From positions 87,358,001 to 87,422,000 of the forward strand of contig OX597823.1 in the NCBI GenBank assembly GCA_951406725.2: DNA of 64,000 nt, read 5' to 3'. Below, piece by piece: positions 12,460 to 25,614 of the stretch. Below the pieces are notes generated by a model. That model made no database searches and was not told the DNA's origin. It saw nothing but the letters and a program-made list of their open reading frames with translations. This DNA comes from Octopus vulgaris. Its lineage: Eukaryota. How positions within the stretch are numbered: the stretch's first letter is position 1; each line of letters starts with the position of its first letter. The translations under genes and the position numbers were made by a program.

Positions 12460-12810
12460 AATAATGAAATTGAAATACAAAAGATATGGTATCTTGATGT
12501 AAGAATTATTCGTGTTATTGTAGGTGCCTTAGGTATAGTTAAAAAGGAATATCAGAAACATCTAGACAACATCCCAGAAGAATCATCTCTCAGAGAAATC
12601 CAAAAGAACGTGCTGACAAGTACTATTCACATCTTCAGAAAAGCCTTATCAGTTTAAATGCCTGTGTTGTATTACATAAAGATATAACGCTGCTGCACCT
12701 GCCACTTCCCCTCCCTAAGCTTTCAGTCACTGTAACATCTCTTTCACTCGCTCGAGGACGGTTGTAGTGTCGCGACAAGTGATTGTAACAAACATGCAGA
12801 TTAGAAATAA
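12460..12810 (+). mobile_element. R4/Dong-like 3' end fragment between (TAA)n and (CAA/TAA)n
   Basis: EIQKIWYLDVRIIRVIVGALGIVKK...LREIQKNVLTSTIHIFRKAL. Confidence 0.75.
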
Positions 12811-12868
12811 ACAACAACAACAACAACAACATCACTAACAACAACAATAATAATTTAATGAATCTCAC

Positions 12869-12995
12869 CTATAATAAACGGGGCCCCGAGACTTAGATGA
12901 AGTAAGGTAATCCCGAAAAAAGTGAGATAAAATTTCCAAACCCGCTTTCTTGCTGGTTGTGTTTTGTCAACAGCGATCTCAGCGTTAGTGGCCAT
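12869..12995 (-). CDS. MFS transporter, first coding exon (ATG at 12995)
   Basis: aatttagcaATG GCC...ATT ATA G|GTgaga; 127 nt, exit phase 1; MATNAEIAVDKTQPARKRVWKFYLTFFGITLLHLSLGAPFIIG joins NIVPY, matching the G-x-x-L-x-H-L-x-LG...GN-x-x-PY TM1 pattern. Confidence 0.88.
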
Positions 12996-13559
12996 TGCTA
13001 AATTACTTAAAGTAATAATAACATTAAAGTAATAATAATAGTAATAAAAGCCCTAATAACAATTCCTTCATTGCTGGCAGTAATTAACTTATGAACGTCT
13101 ATTTCATGGAAGGATTTGTTTTCATGTGACTTTACTGCTATTTATTATTCTTCATACGGAACTAAGATGACCTACTTTCTTTATCAACAAACAGGGTGAT
13201 TATGATAACAAAATTCAAGTAAATCAGTGTAGTTGACGACGATGGCAATGATGATGATGATGATGACGATGACTATTACGTTGAGGATGATGATGATTTA
13301 AGAAGGTAGTGTTTCAGGTTTCATTTAGGAAGATTTTGGCTGCTATTTCTAGATATCATGATACTACGATATTTGCTTCGTTGCTTTTACTGTTATGGTA
13401 TTATATAACATAAATCATCAGTCACCAACCCAGTTTTTGACACCGTGGCAACGCACACACACACACATATATAGATATATATATTTATATATATGTATAT
13501 ATGTACGTGAATATACATATATACATATATATACATACATACATACATACATACATACA

Positions 13560-13595
<36 letters not shown>

Positions 13596-13931
13596 TAGAG
13601 AGAGTAGTGGTACAACAAGGCACCAATATTTACTGGAAATAGCAGTCGATATATTTACGATGCTATAGTAAAGCTTCACTGTATTTCTTTCCAACATCGT
13701 CCGTTTTTCCATCCTTGTTTCGTATACATTCGAAGCATTTTTCCAAGGAATCTAATGCTCTTAGCTTAGTTTTTCATTGAGGCTGACCAGATTGGAGCAA
13801 TCTCAAGATTAATCAACCGAAATTGCGGTTCTTGATGATCCGGTTTTTGACTAAAGATTAAAGGCTTCGAATGACCTGTCCGTGTTTTTTGTATCGTCTA
13901 TCTGGATGTTTTGCGTTCTTGTCCTATTTTG

Positions 13932-14031
<100 letters not shown>

Positions 14032-14535
14032 TACAGATATATATATATATATATATATATGTTTGTGAATGAGTCTTTATGTGTGTGCTCGCGGATTTGT
14101 GTATGTGTATGTATGTGCCTTGGTGTGTGTGTAAGTCTGTGTTGGTGAGTGTGTACGTGTGTACGTATGTGTACGTATGTGTATGTGTGTGCATATGTTT
14201 GTGTGTGCATGTGTGTGAGTATAAGTGTTTGTGGGAGTGGGTGTGCGTGAATGTGTGTGAAAGGAATAGCGTCATGATTCCTAGGTCCTTCTCAATAAAA
14301 TTTACTCCCTAAAAACCTTGTCAAAATAACCAAATACTTCGCATACGAAAAGCACTCGATGTGTATTTAATCCGATTATTAGTTTGGGCCGCGTATTCCA
14401 TAGACTGAGCCATTTTCGCATCATTATTCATAAATTCTATGTCTGGTCACTGTAACCGGGTAACGACCTACTTCCTTACATAATCAAGTGGGGTGTCTCT
14501 GATAAAGAAAAGTTCAAATATTCATTGTACTTTAT

Positions 14536-14739
14536 GCCGCCACCACCGCCACCGCCGCCGCCCACCGAGAGGACGACGACGACGATGACGATGATGATGA
14601 TAAGGGTGTCGACGACGACGACGACCACAATGACGATGATGATGATGTCCATGATGATGTCATTGATGATGATGGTGATGATGATAACGACGATGACGTT
14701 GACGATGATGATGATGATGACGACGACGACGACGACAAC

Positions 14740-14777
<38 letters not shown>

Positions 14778-14790
14778 CGACGACGACGAC

Positions 14791-14829
<39 letters not shown>

Positions 14830-14955
14830 AACGACAACGTTGGCGATGAAAATGTTCAGGAGGAGGAGGAGGTCGACGACGACGAAGATGACTGTGATTG
14901 TGATGAGGATGAGGTGTCCAAGGAAGAGACAAACGACGACGACGATGATGATGAC

Positions 14956-15008
<53 letters not shown>

Positions 15009-15035
15009 CGACGACGACGACGATGACGACGACGT
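14536..15035. repeat. Compound (GAT/GAC)n microsatellite
   Basis: Direct inspection. Confidence 0.95.
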
Positions 15036-15539
15036 CAATGATTTATATCCAGAATCTGTTTAGTAGTAACATTAGGCAGTTGTACGCAAGTATTTATATA
15101 TGTATGTTTTGTTTCCCTTCTTTCAGTCATTCGACTGTGGCGATGCTGGAGCACCGCTCTGAAGGGTTTTAGTTGAATGAGCCGACTCCACTTCAAGGTT
15201 TTTTTGTTTTTTTTTGTATAAAGTCTGGTACATATTCTATCGTTCTCGTCTGCCGAACCGCTAATTTTACGGCGTTGTAAATAAAGCCACACAAGTTGTC
15301 GAACGGTCGTGGTGGGACGGACATAAACAAAAGCACTAACATAAACGCGCGCGAGCATACACTCACACATACACATAAACACACAAGCACACACACAAAC
15401 ACACACGCATCCTACATGCACACCCACGCGCACACACACACACACACACGCACGCACACATACCCACTTACACACCCACGTACACACACGCAAACAAACC
15501 AAACACACACATACACACATGCGCATATACACACCCATG

Positions 15540-15587
<48 letters not shown>

Positions 15588-15866
15588 TACTAACCCAGTT
15601 GGGAGAGTGTAAGCCGAACATATACATTCACTTACGTCTGGCGGGCGTCTGCTACTCTAGACCGATGATGGACAATGATCCTAAAACATGCGTGTCTCTA
15701 GATGCAGGCCTGGCTGCTGAGGGTGTTTGTCTCCCCTTCGTAAATGTACATAAGGACACAGGAAAAATGTGTCGAAGCCAGCAGGAAGCGTCGATGCTTC
15801 CTAGGGCTAAACAGCGGTGGTGTAACCCCCTACTGTCACGTTCACGTTAGATTGACAGTATACAAC

Positions 15867-15954
<88 letters not shown>

Positions 15955-16082
15955 AAAAAATAAGCAACAAGAATGGATCCGGTAATTTAGTACAATTGTT
16001 TCATACTATAACAATTTATTAAATCTGCAAATATTACAGCAAATATAATATGTCAAGTAATCCTCAGCTAATTTCATATAGG

Positions 16083-16320
16083 TTTTCCAATAATGTAAAG
16101 TTCTCAAATCAATTAGTAACATCTCAGAGAGTGTATATTTACCGATAAAGTTGTAGATGTAAGTTCCAGGAATTTGAAGCAAGATGCCAAGCAAACCATA
16201 TATGCTTTCCAACAATGTAAAGTTCTCAAATTAATTAGCGACATCCCAGAGAAGGTAAATATACTTATAAAGTTGTGAATATAAGTTTCATGAAACATGA
16301 AGAAAGATGCCAGTCAGACC
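16083..16320. repeat. Diverged ~122-bp tandem duplication
   Basis: TTTCCAA(T/C)AATGTAAAGTTCTCAAAT...AAGATGCCA occurs twice about 122 bp apart. Confidence 0.8.
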
Positions 16321-16341
16321 ACGATTAAGTTCGCATCTAAC

Positions 16342-16384
<43 letters not shown>

Positions 16385-16439
16385 CACTGACATTGCATTT
16401 TAACAGATTTATTTACCAATATTGCATTAAAATATCTTG

Positions 16440-17620
16440 AAATACTAAAGAGTAAAGTTATTGAATAAAATCGCCATTGGCTTCAACCACAGCCTCCAGA
16501 CGTCTTCGGAATCTCCTGCAACTCTTCTGGACGGTCTACTTGTTTAAGTTGGTGGATGCTGCCACAATCTTTGCCTTCAGTTCATCTTTGGTGTTACAAA
16601 GAGTCTTGTTGGTCTCTCGCTCAACTGCGCACCATACATTATAATCAAGCAGGTTGCAATCTGGGGAGTTAAGCGGCCTGATGTTAGGGATGATGTGGTG
16701 GCGATAATTGTCTGACCGCCATGACTAGGCTCTCCTGCTTGTCCGGCATGGCGCAGAGTCCTGTTACTAGAGATAGGGTCTTCCAGCAGCCACCCTCTTG
16801 ACCCAGGGCAGCACTACTTCCTCTAGGCACATGATTCAGGCCTCTGTGTTGAGTGTGGGAAGATTAATGGAGGCATAACATTGCCATCACTAGTGATCAC
16901 TCCAAATACCATGAGGTTGACTGGTTGTTTGATTTTTATCACTCACGATACGTTTTGGGGATTCAGCAAGCCAATGATTGTCCTGTGTGTTCACCACCAT
17001 CTGATCCTGGCAGAAATGTTTCTCTTCTGGTAAAAAAAAAACATGTTCGGTTGGAGAGGACGCTTGAGTTTGTTCAAAAGTTTCGTACTGCAGTCTTTCT
17101 TCTTGGCCTTGATGGCTTGGGATAAAAATTGGCCCTTTCTCACCTCGAGGAATACCGAATGTTATCATGCACTACCTGCCTGATAAGAAACTCATACACT
17201 TCCATATCTCTGGCGTTGGACGTTATTGACTTGGAGGGAGTGTTGTTAATCATGGCCAGGGTTTCAGCAACAAATTCAGAAGTTCTTTTCTTATCATAAC
17301 GACGAAGGTGAGTTTTCCGAGCTGCCGTACCTTCGTAATCACTGGCGTACCTTTGTACTCACCATTAGATTTTCCCAACTCTTTCTGAATCCTCTGCACT
17401 ATCACCAGTTTGACACCAAAACACTCTGAAATGTTTATATTGGAGCTTCCGGCGTGAATGCCAAACAGTACAGCATGTCGTTTCCAAATTTCTGGCAGAG
17501 TGAATTGCGTCATGGTGCTGTTTTTGTCACAGACAGTGCCCAACTGACCCTACTGTACTGTGTTAGTCGACAAAATCAAAAACAAACAATGTGCATGCGC
17601 AAAATTAAATATATAAAAAT
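16440..17620 (-). mobile_element. maT-type (DD37D) Tc1/mariner transposase remnant
   Basis: QDSAPC...NSPDCNLLDY with 37 residues between the two Asp; C-terminus RFRRRLEAVVEANGDFI; N-terminus WKRHAVLFGIHAG; multiple stops and frameshifts. Confidence 0.82.
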
Positions 17621-17659
17621 ATCTACAATTTACCCATCGCAACATGGATTTGTACCAAG

Positions 17660-17905
17660 AAAGTTCCTCTCCGAGGCACAAGTCCAAGATAAAGGTTTTT
17701 ATGGCAGACAAGCAGTCGCCCATGCATATCAGCCTCCCCTCTTCTCCAAAGAAAAGGCAAAGGTCAATACCACTTGGTATTAGTGGCGTCGCAACTCATT
17801 CTTACAGTAGAGGAACGCGAAATGAAAAGAGCACAACACATAACTTGCTCCAGGAATCGAACTCTGGTTGTAAGCCCAACGCTCTCACCACTGAGATACG
17901 CACCT
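17660..17905 (-). mobile_element. SINE family E (degenerate)
   Basis: Similar to 43110-43416; tRNA-like head at the right end. Confidence 0.55.
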
Positions 17906-18761
17906 TCCTAACCACCCCACCCCACCCCACCCCACCCCACCCCAGCATGTATGTATTTATAAATGTATATACATACATCCGTATTCACAAACATCAAGTG
18001 AATAGTTCTTGCGTTTTCGTTATCTATTAGTGATAAGTGACTGTAATTTATGATATGTAACATTTCGGAATCCAAATATATTTACGAAGTAACTAAGAAA
18101 TATGAAAATACTGGAAGTAGAATGAGCACATATTCAGCGTTAAAAGGCAACACTACAAACGGAGCTCAGTTCGATATAAACCATCACATCCCTAATATCA
18201 GCAAAAGAGAGTGATTTTCGTCTATCGTTATTCTCTCACTCAGTAGTGACAGAAAAAAAAAACATTTTTTTTCAAGGGAGACAACTCTCTTGTATTTGTG
18301 TATGACTTTACTTCCCTTGAAAGCTATAAAACATTTCTGCTTTTCGTTAAGAATAATATATTTTGGTTTCTGACAATGGAATAAAATAAACCCTCAGAGG
18401 TAGATAGAAATAGTAACACAGACTCAAAAGGAAACAGAAGTGCTTGAGAATAGTTTTGCATTCAATATGATGTAATCTACTACTACTACTACTACTACTA
18501 CTAGACGTTTAAGAGATCGCAGTATTCTTTCTAATTTTGACACAATCCGTCGATTATGAGGGGAGGTGAAATTAAATTATCCTTTCTACTGGAAGTAAGT
18601 CGATTACACCGAACCCAATGCGTAACTGGTACTAATGTTATTGACTCCGAAAGGATGAAAGGCAAAGTCGATCTCGGCAGAATTTGAACTCAGAACGTCG
18701 TGACGGGTAAAATACCGATAAGCATGTCGTCCGGCCTCACTTTAACTTATATATATATAAA

Positions 18762-18990
18762 GGCGGCGAGCTGGCAGAAACGTTAGCACGCCGGGCGAAA
18801 TGCGTAGCCGTATTTCGTCTGCCGTTACGTTCTGAGTTCAAATTCCGCCGATGTTGACTTTGCCTTTCATCCTTTCGGGGTCGATAAATAAAGTACCAGT
18901 TACGCACTGGAATCGATGTAATCGACTCAATCCGTTTGTCTGTCCTTGTTTGTCCCCTCTGTGTTTAGCCCCTGTGGGTAGTAAAAATAT
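18762..18990 (+). mobile_element. Full-length SINE family B, head-to-head with a minus copy at ~18575-18735
   Basis: GGCGGCGAGCTGGCAGAAACG A-box-like and GAGTTCAAATTCC B-box-like motifs; tail TTAGCCCCTGTGGGTAGTAAA. Confidence 0.9.
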
Positions 18991-19288
18991 ATATATATCC
19001 CTGGTTGTGTTTTCGCAACGCAAAACCTGCTCCTATTTGTTTGGACATTGAACTCGCTGGGAAGCATCTGACTGAGCATAGGAAATGTTCATTAGGAAGT
19101 CGACACCCGTAGCTGACAGTTGCATACTGTCCTTCTCTTTCAAATTGTGAAAGCTAACCATAACGCTTGATCTAAATACAGTGAGATTTTAAGATTTCTT
19201 TTCTTTTTCTGGGCTTATATGTGTTAATGTGGAATTAAATTATATAGGAGAGTATTGTAGTTCGCTCGAAGCATTGTGCATTGTTTGT

Positions 19289-19512
19289 AAAGAATAAAAT
19301 GTTTTGAATGGTACAACAATGCACTATATACCTGTTGTAATTTAGTCATCCATAGTCTGATAATATATCGGAATAAAATTCCTAAGAATACCTAAAGAAA
19401 GAATTTTATTCCGAAATATTATCGGAATATAGATGACTAAATTACAACATGTATATAGCCCATTGTATATATTATAGTGCATTGTTGTACCATTCAAAAC
19501 TTTTTATTCTTT
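19289..19512. repeat. Fold-back palindrome (~95-bp arms)
   Basis: AAAGAATAAAATGTTTTGAATGGTACAACAATGCACTATA...CGGAATAAAATTC pairs with GAATTTTATTCCG...TATAGTGCATTGTTGTACCATTCAAAACTTTTTATTCTTT. Confidence 0.88.
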
Positions 19513-19529
19513 TAATTATATAGACACAC

Positions 19530-20095
19530 CCGTTGCTCAGGTGGAACTTTTTTTATAAGCCCTCGGAGGATATTACTCGTCTGGAAACCGTTCAGCGACG
19601 AGCAATTAAGAGAATACTCTCCATCAGGCATTTGCCATATTCTGAACGCCTTACTTCCCTGGGCATGGATACATTGAAACTCCGACGACTGGCAGCTGAC
19701 TTAGCACACACCTATAAAATTATTAACCATCTTACTAAAAATAAACCTGAGTAACTTTTCAAACTCCACCTGTCTAACATCCGTGGACATGTTTACGAAG
19801 TCAGAAACCAGCACAGCTCCCATGATTTTCGGAAACATTTTTTCACTCTATGAGTTGCTGAAGTATGGAACAAACTGCCGGCATCAGTTGTTAGTTGTCG
19901 GAGCACTGCATCCTTCAAAACTTCCATGCTTCCTGAGACTCGCCAACACTACACCTGATTTTCTCCCCTCCATACACACGCAAGCATGTATCTGACTAAT
20001 ACGCTCTATTTGTACACTACTGCATATGCTTTATACGCACTTTTGACAAGTTGTGGTGCACCTGTGCAATGTATACAATAATTTCATTATATCAT
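19530..20095 (+). mobile_element. CR1/L2-like LINE, 3' fragment
   Basis: LETVQRRAIK...PYSERL...LKLRRLAADL...RGH...FRKHFFT...WNKLP with stops, then 3'UTR. Confidence 0.85.
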
Positions 20096-20101
20096 ATTAT
20101 A

Positions 20102-20623
20102 TCTATATATATAAAACTGTAGTTGTGTGAGTGTCTGTCCCCTTCGATTTAGATTCCTAACTACTCCCACATTTTGCGGTGCAGTTTAACCAAAACCGGG
20201 TATCTTATAGTCGTGATTCATATCGAGCCCGTCTGGCTATTAGCGCGCGTCTATGATGAGTCTACAATTTTAAAAATAATTTAACATCATTCTTTATTCA
20301 ATTTTAATGCATAATTTTTCGTGTGTTGATGGCGGCGGAGTTGGCGGAGTTGGCGTCCACGCTCACATCTGCACCTGTTTGCTTCTCTCCCTTCTTCCCT
20401 CCCTCGTGAAGCTGTGGAGAAGGGAGTGTAAGGAAATCAACGCCGTAAAGCGTTGTCAAGGAGACCAGCGTTCTTTTAGAACAACGATTTCATGGCTTGA
20501 AGACACCAAAACAGAAATGGCTAAGAAAGCCCGAATTGGCATCTATAAGGGAAGTAACTCTCTAAAAATGCTTATATAGTTATTTCCCTTACAAACCTGA
20601 GCAACGCCGGGCGATACTGCTAG
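20102..20623 (+). mobile_element. Non-autonomous Helitron
   Basis: A|TCTATATATATAAAA 5' end; subterminal CCTGAGCAACGCCGGG hairpin-like motif; CTAG|T 3' end; second copy at 23536-23836. Confidence 0.85.
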
Positions 20624-21393
20624 TTATATTATAAAAGGGAGAACCGACCTCGGTCACATATGAACTGAGAAAGTTAAAAAACTCAAGAAAGGCTGTTTAG
20701 CATTTAGTTCGCCAGTGCACCGCCTGTGGGAATTGACAGCAATTCCCACAAGAAATCATAATATTCATAATTTTCAGTTCCAAGAGAATTAATTGAGAGA
20801 TTAATTGACTTCATATTTTCTCCAATCTTTTTCTGAGGTGGCGAATTGGCGGGGTTCGTAGTATCCATGATCCTACGAATCTAAAACAAAAGAAAAAGGA
20901 TAAAAAACAAACAAGCAAACAAAACAACTTTGCCTTTCATTCTTTTCAGGGTCGATAAGTACTAGTAAAGCCACGGGGTCGATGTAATCGATTTACTCTC
21001 TGCCCCGAACTTACTGGTCTTGTGCTAAAATTTGAAATCAATATTTCATGGAGATACAGAGAATTATTCGTGAATGTCCTTCTTCGGACTATTCTGTGAT
21101 CTTTTCCATAACCTGTTCACTGAATGGAGCAAGGCTGGTGAAGTTACCTTTCTCTTATGCGTTTAAAATTACTCAATTATGTACGAAGGGGCTATAGTTT
21201 GCGTAATAGTTCTTGTGTACATTCATTAAAATGCATTTCGTATTCTTTTCACTTTATTTTTTCTTTCCATTTTTTCAATCATTTGACTGCGGCTTTGCTG
21301 TGGAATCTCTTTGAAGGTTTCTTTTTAGTCAAACACACCGGACGTGAAGCGATGTAGGGGATAAACACAGACACAAAGACATATAGACATATA

Positions 21394-21442
<49 letters not shown>

Positions 21443-21455
21443 ACTCACACTCACA

Positions 21456-21518
<63 letters not shown>

Positions 21519-22142
21519 GACGGGGTTCTTTCAGTTTCAGAAGGTCGGCCAGATGCTATAAGAGAAGAGAATTGCTCAATGTGACACACAGTGACACTGA
21601 ACTCGGAACCATTTGGTTGGGAAGCGAGATTCTTACCACACAGCCATGCCAATTTGACGTTTCTTTTATATTTTTAGTATACATGATGAATACATCTTCG
21701 AAACCCGCGGCAAATAAACAAAGTTTTGAAAGTTTCTCTTCGCACCTCATTTGATCTTAAAATACTTGGGAACTATAAAAATGGTTAGAAAGGGAACACA
21801 ACTCAGAGACAAACAAATATAATATAGCATAGTTGCCTCCCTTGCCAAATCTAAGCACTTTGATATTCATTTTCCAAAATAATCCTTTCGATTATAGGCA
21901 CATGTCCTGACATTTATGGGAAGTAAACAAGTCGATTACAAGCCCCGCCTCCCCATCGTGTTTCTCTGGCACATAATTTATCAACCCCCGAAAAGATAAA
22001 AGGAAAATACCTCAGCGGAATTAGAACTCAGAACTCAGAAATAATAATTGCACGAAACAGTGCATTCTAACCTGGGGTCAGCGAACTCCTAGCGGTTCGC
22101 AATGGTAGTACTCGGGATCCGAGAACTAAATTCAAAATTTCA

Positions 22143-22777
22143 CGAGTGGCTGTGTGGTAAGTAGCTTGCTTACCAACCAGATGGTTCCGGGTTCAGTCCC
22201 ACTGCGTGGCATCTTGGGCAAGTGTTTTCTGCTATAGCCCCGGACCAACCAATGCCTTGTGAGTGGATTTGGTAGACGGAAACTGAAAGAAGCCTGTCGT
22301 ATATATGTATATATATATATGTATGTGTGTGTATATGTTTGTGTGTCTGTGTTTGTCCCCCTAGCATTGTTTGACAACCGATGCTGGTGTGTTTATGTCC
22401 CCGTCACTTAACGGTTCAGCAAAAAGAGACCGATAGAATAAGTACTGGGCTTACAAAGAATAAGTCCCAGGGTCAATCTGATCGACTAGAGGCGGTGCTC
22501 CAGCATGACCACAGTCAAATGACTGAAACAAGTAAAAAAGTAAAAAAAAAAAATATATATATATATATGCATGTATCTATCTATCTATATATATATATAA
22601 ATAGAAAGGCGCATAAGTGGGTGTGTGATAAGAAGCTTGCTTTCCCAGCACATGTTACCGGGTTCAGTCACACTGCATGGCACCTTGGGCAAGTGTATTC
22701 TACTATAACCTCGGGCTGACCAAAGCGTTGTCAATGGATTTGGTAGACGGAAACTGAAAGCCCGTCGTATATATATG

Positions 22778-22867
<90 letters not shown>

Positions 22868-23088
22868 TGTCTGTCTCTCTCTTCTTTGTTGTTTGTTCCC
22901 CCATCAAGTTTGTGACAACCGATGCTGGTGTGTTTTCGTACCAGTAACATAGCGGTCCAGCAAAAGAGTCTGATAGAATAAGTACTAGGCTTACAAAGAA
23001 TGAGTCCTGGAATGGATTAAATCGACTAATAGGCAGTGCCCCAGCATGGCTGCAGTCAAATAACTTAAACAAATACCAGAAAAAGAGA
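22143..23088 (+). mobile_element. Two tandem SINE family A copies
   Basis: Matches to the 42237-42666 copy at ~22143-22545 and ~22607-23088. Confidence 0.85.
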
Positions 23089-23100
23089 ATATATATATGT

Positions 23101-23159
<59 letters not shown>

Positions 23160-23535
23160 ATTAAAAGTAGAGTCCACAGTAATCCATAGGTAGGAGAGGT
23201 GCAGCCGTAGGGTAGAATATCCAAAAGAGAAAATATCCAAAAGAGAATCCGTAAAGGGTAGAAAAGTAGAAAGTCCAGTGGAGAAGTTGGTGTGTGATAA
23301 GAGGTGACAGGATCAACTGGTGTGACCACGTGAGCATGTAATATATGGGGAGAATTCACACAAAAAAAACAAAAGACGAAGACAGGTGGTGTAGACAACA
23401 AATAGATGTATTAGTATAACGCTCAGGAATTGAAAAGTCTTTTACATTTCGATCCTACGCGGAAAGGAACACAGAAAGAAACAAAGAGAGACAAAATGTG
23501 TGTAGTGGCTACCGATCTCTCTCTATCTCTATCTA

Positions 23536-23835
23536 TCTATATATATAAAACTGAAGTTGTGTGGTGTCTGTCTCCTACGATTTAGATTCCTAACTACTCC
23601 CACATTTTGCGGTGCAGTTTAACCAAAAGTGGGCATCTTATATTCGTGATTCATATCGAGCCCTTCTGTGTATTAGCGCGCGTCTACGATGAGTCTACGA
23701 TTTAAAAAAAAAATACCATAATTTTTTTCCATTTTTAATACATTTTTTTGCTATTATATAAGGGAAGTAACTCTCTAAAAATGCTTATATAGTTATTTCC
23801 CTTACAAACTCGAGCAACGCCGGGCGATACTGCTA

Positions 23836-23836
<1 letters not shown>
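23536..23836 (+). mobile_element. Non-autonomous Helitron, shorter variant
   Basis: Same termini as 20102-20623; lacks ~220 bp of the GC-richer interior. Confidence 0.85.
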
Positions 23837-23891
<55 letters not shown>

Positions 23892-23954
23892 CGGGGGAGA
23901 GAGATAGAGAGAGAGAGCGGGGGAGAGAGCGAGAGAGAGCGGGAGACAGAGAGA

Positions 23955-25012
23955 GATGAGGAAACAATTTTGTTTTCAAACGCAGGACAATGCTAATAAT
24001 ATAGCATGAACAGTATAAACTATCCACATATTGCAGAATTATCTGTCGGCGTCAAACCGTGAGACTCGAACTCACCTCCTTGTGATTACGCGTCAAGTGC
24101 TTTACCATTAAGCAAACTTAGGATGTATGAATCTAGCTTTCTAAGACGTATCTTTCAATACATCTCAATGCTTCGAAAGCAAACTTTGTTGACATTCAAC
24201 GGAAGTTGAACATAACGTACGATTAGATTTATATATCCTACATTTGCAGAAGAATTCATCGTTCGAGTAGTTTAGTTTAATGGTAAAACACTTTCCGCGT
24301 AATCACAGAGACGTGAGCTCGAATCTGATGGCTGGCCGCTGACAGATTTTTCTGCAAAATATGGATAGTTTATCCTGCTCATATTATATAATTAGCATCA
24401 TCATGCGTTTGAGAATATAATTGTTTCCTTATTTGTATCTTTCAATATATCTCAACGCTTCTAAAGCCAACGTTGCTTGTTGACTTTCAAGGTAAGTTGA
24501 ATTTAATGTCTTATACATCTAGATTTAAATATATCCTAAAATTGCAGAAGAATTTGTCGTTCGGATAATTTAACTTACTGGTAAGGCAATTCACGCGAAA
24601 TCACAGAAATGTGATTTCGAGTTTTATGGCTGGCCGTCGACAGATTTTGTTACAAAATATGGATAGTTTATCCTGTTCATGCAATAATTTTAACATTATC
24701 ATGCGTTTGAAAATAAAATTATTTCCTTATCTGTATTTTTCAATACATCTCAACACTTCTAACGCAAACTTTGTTGTCTTTCAACATAAGTTGAATTTAA
24801 GGTGCGATAGCGTCTTATAAAGTTAGATTTATATATCCTAAATTTGCAGAAGAATTTGTCAGTCGGGCAGTTTAGCTTAATGGTAAAGCGCTTAACGCGT
24901 ATTTACAGAGACATCAGTTTGTGTGTGACGGCTCACCGCCGAATTCTTCTGCAAAATATGGATATTTTTTCCTATTCATGCTAACTTTGCTGACTGTCAA
25001 CGTAATTTCAAC
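23955..25012. repeat. ~300-bp tandem array of tRNA-like units (three direct copies plus one inverted partial copy)
   Basis: TTGCAGAAGAATT recurs at ~24244, 24542 and 24844; each unit has TAGCTTAATGGTAAAGC (D-arm/A box) and GTGAG-TTCGAGT-CTCAC-like (T-arm/B box) motifs; inverted copy at ~23955-24120. Confidence 0.85.
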
Positions 25013-25013
25013 T

Positions 25014-25078
<65 letters not shown>

Positions 25079-25614
25079 CACACATAAGGAAAAGCATATT
25101 AAAAGGGGGTCTCAGGGAAAACTCATTTGAATAAAAGTGTTGGGAGCCAATGTTGGGAACCACTTTGAAAAAGGTTGGAAACCACTGGTATAAAACTTTA
25201 ATGTAGCGAACTGAAAGTGATATATGATTAATTGGCATATGATAAATATTTTCCATCTAGGAAGAAGAGAAAAGGCGATAGACAGAGAGACGAGGCTATG
25301 TAGAGTTTGGCATTAAATTCGATGCCCGCAGACCTTCAAATTAATCCAAAATTATTTCCAAAAGAATTAATAATATTCATAATATACAATTCCACAGGGA
25401 TTTTACGGAAATATAAAAATAGTTTTCAGATACCACCCTGTCTATGTAATCCTCAAAACTCTCTTTTGCATTCTGCACGTTTCAAGTGCGATATTATCAA
25501 ACTGAAACAACATCTAAACAGAAATCGAAGTTTTCGATTTGTTCAGGTCAGCACTGATCGATTAAACCAGTGATCGATTAAACCCGGTCTTGATCATTCC
25601 ATCGCAAATGTCGC

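Noticed and set aside
14525-15172. Met/Thr- or Asp-rich ORF
   Set aside because: Pure (GAT/GAC)n repeat
16143-16244. Candidate first exon of the MFS gene (GILLQIPGTYIYNFIG followed by a GT donor)
   Set aside because: Needs a frameshift from its ATG, lies in a tandem duplication, and 12869-12995 fits motif and phase exactly
24260-24940. Functional tRNA genes or a CRISPR-like array
   Set aside because: U33 is absent and stems are degenerate; inter-unit sequence is itself repeated, not unique spacers; eukaryotic context with no cas genes
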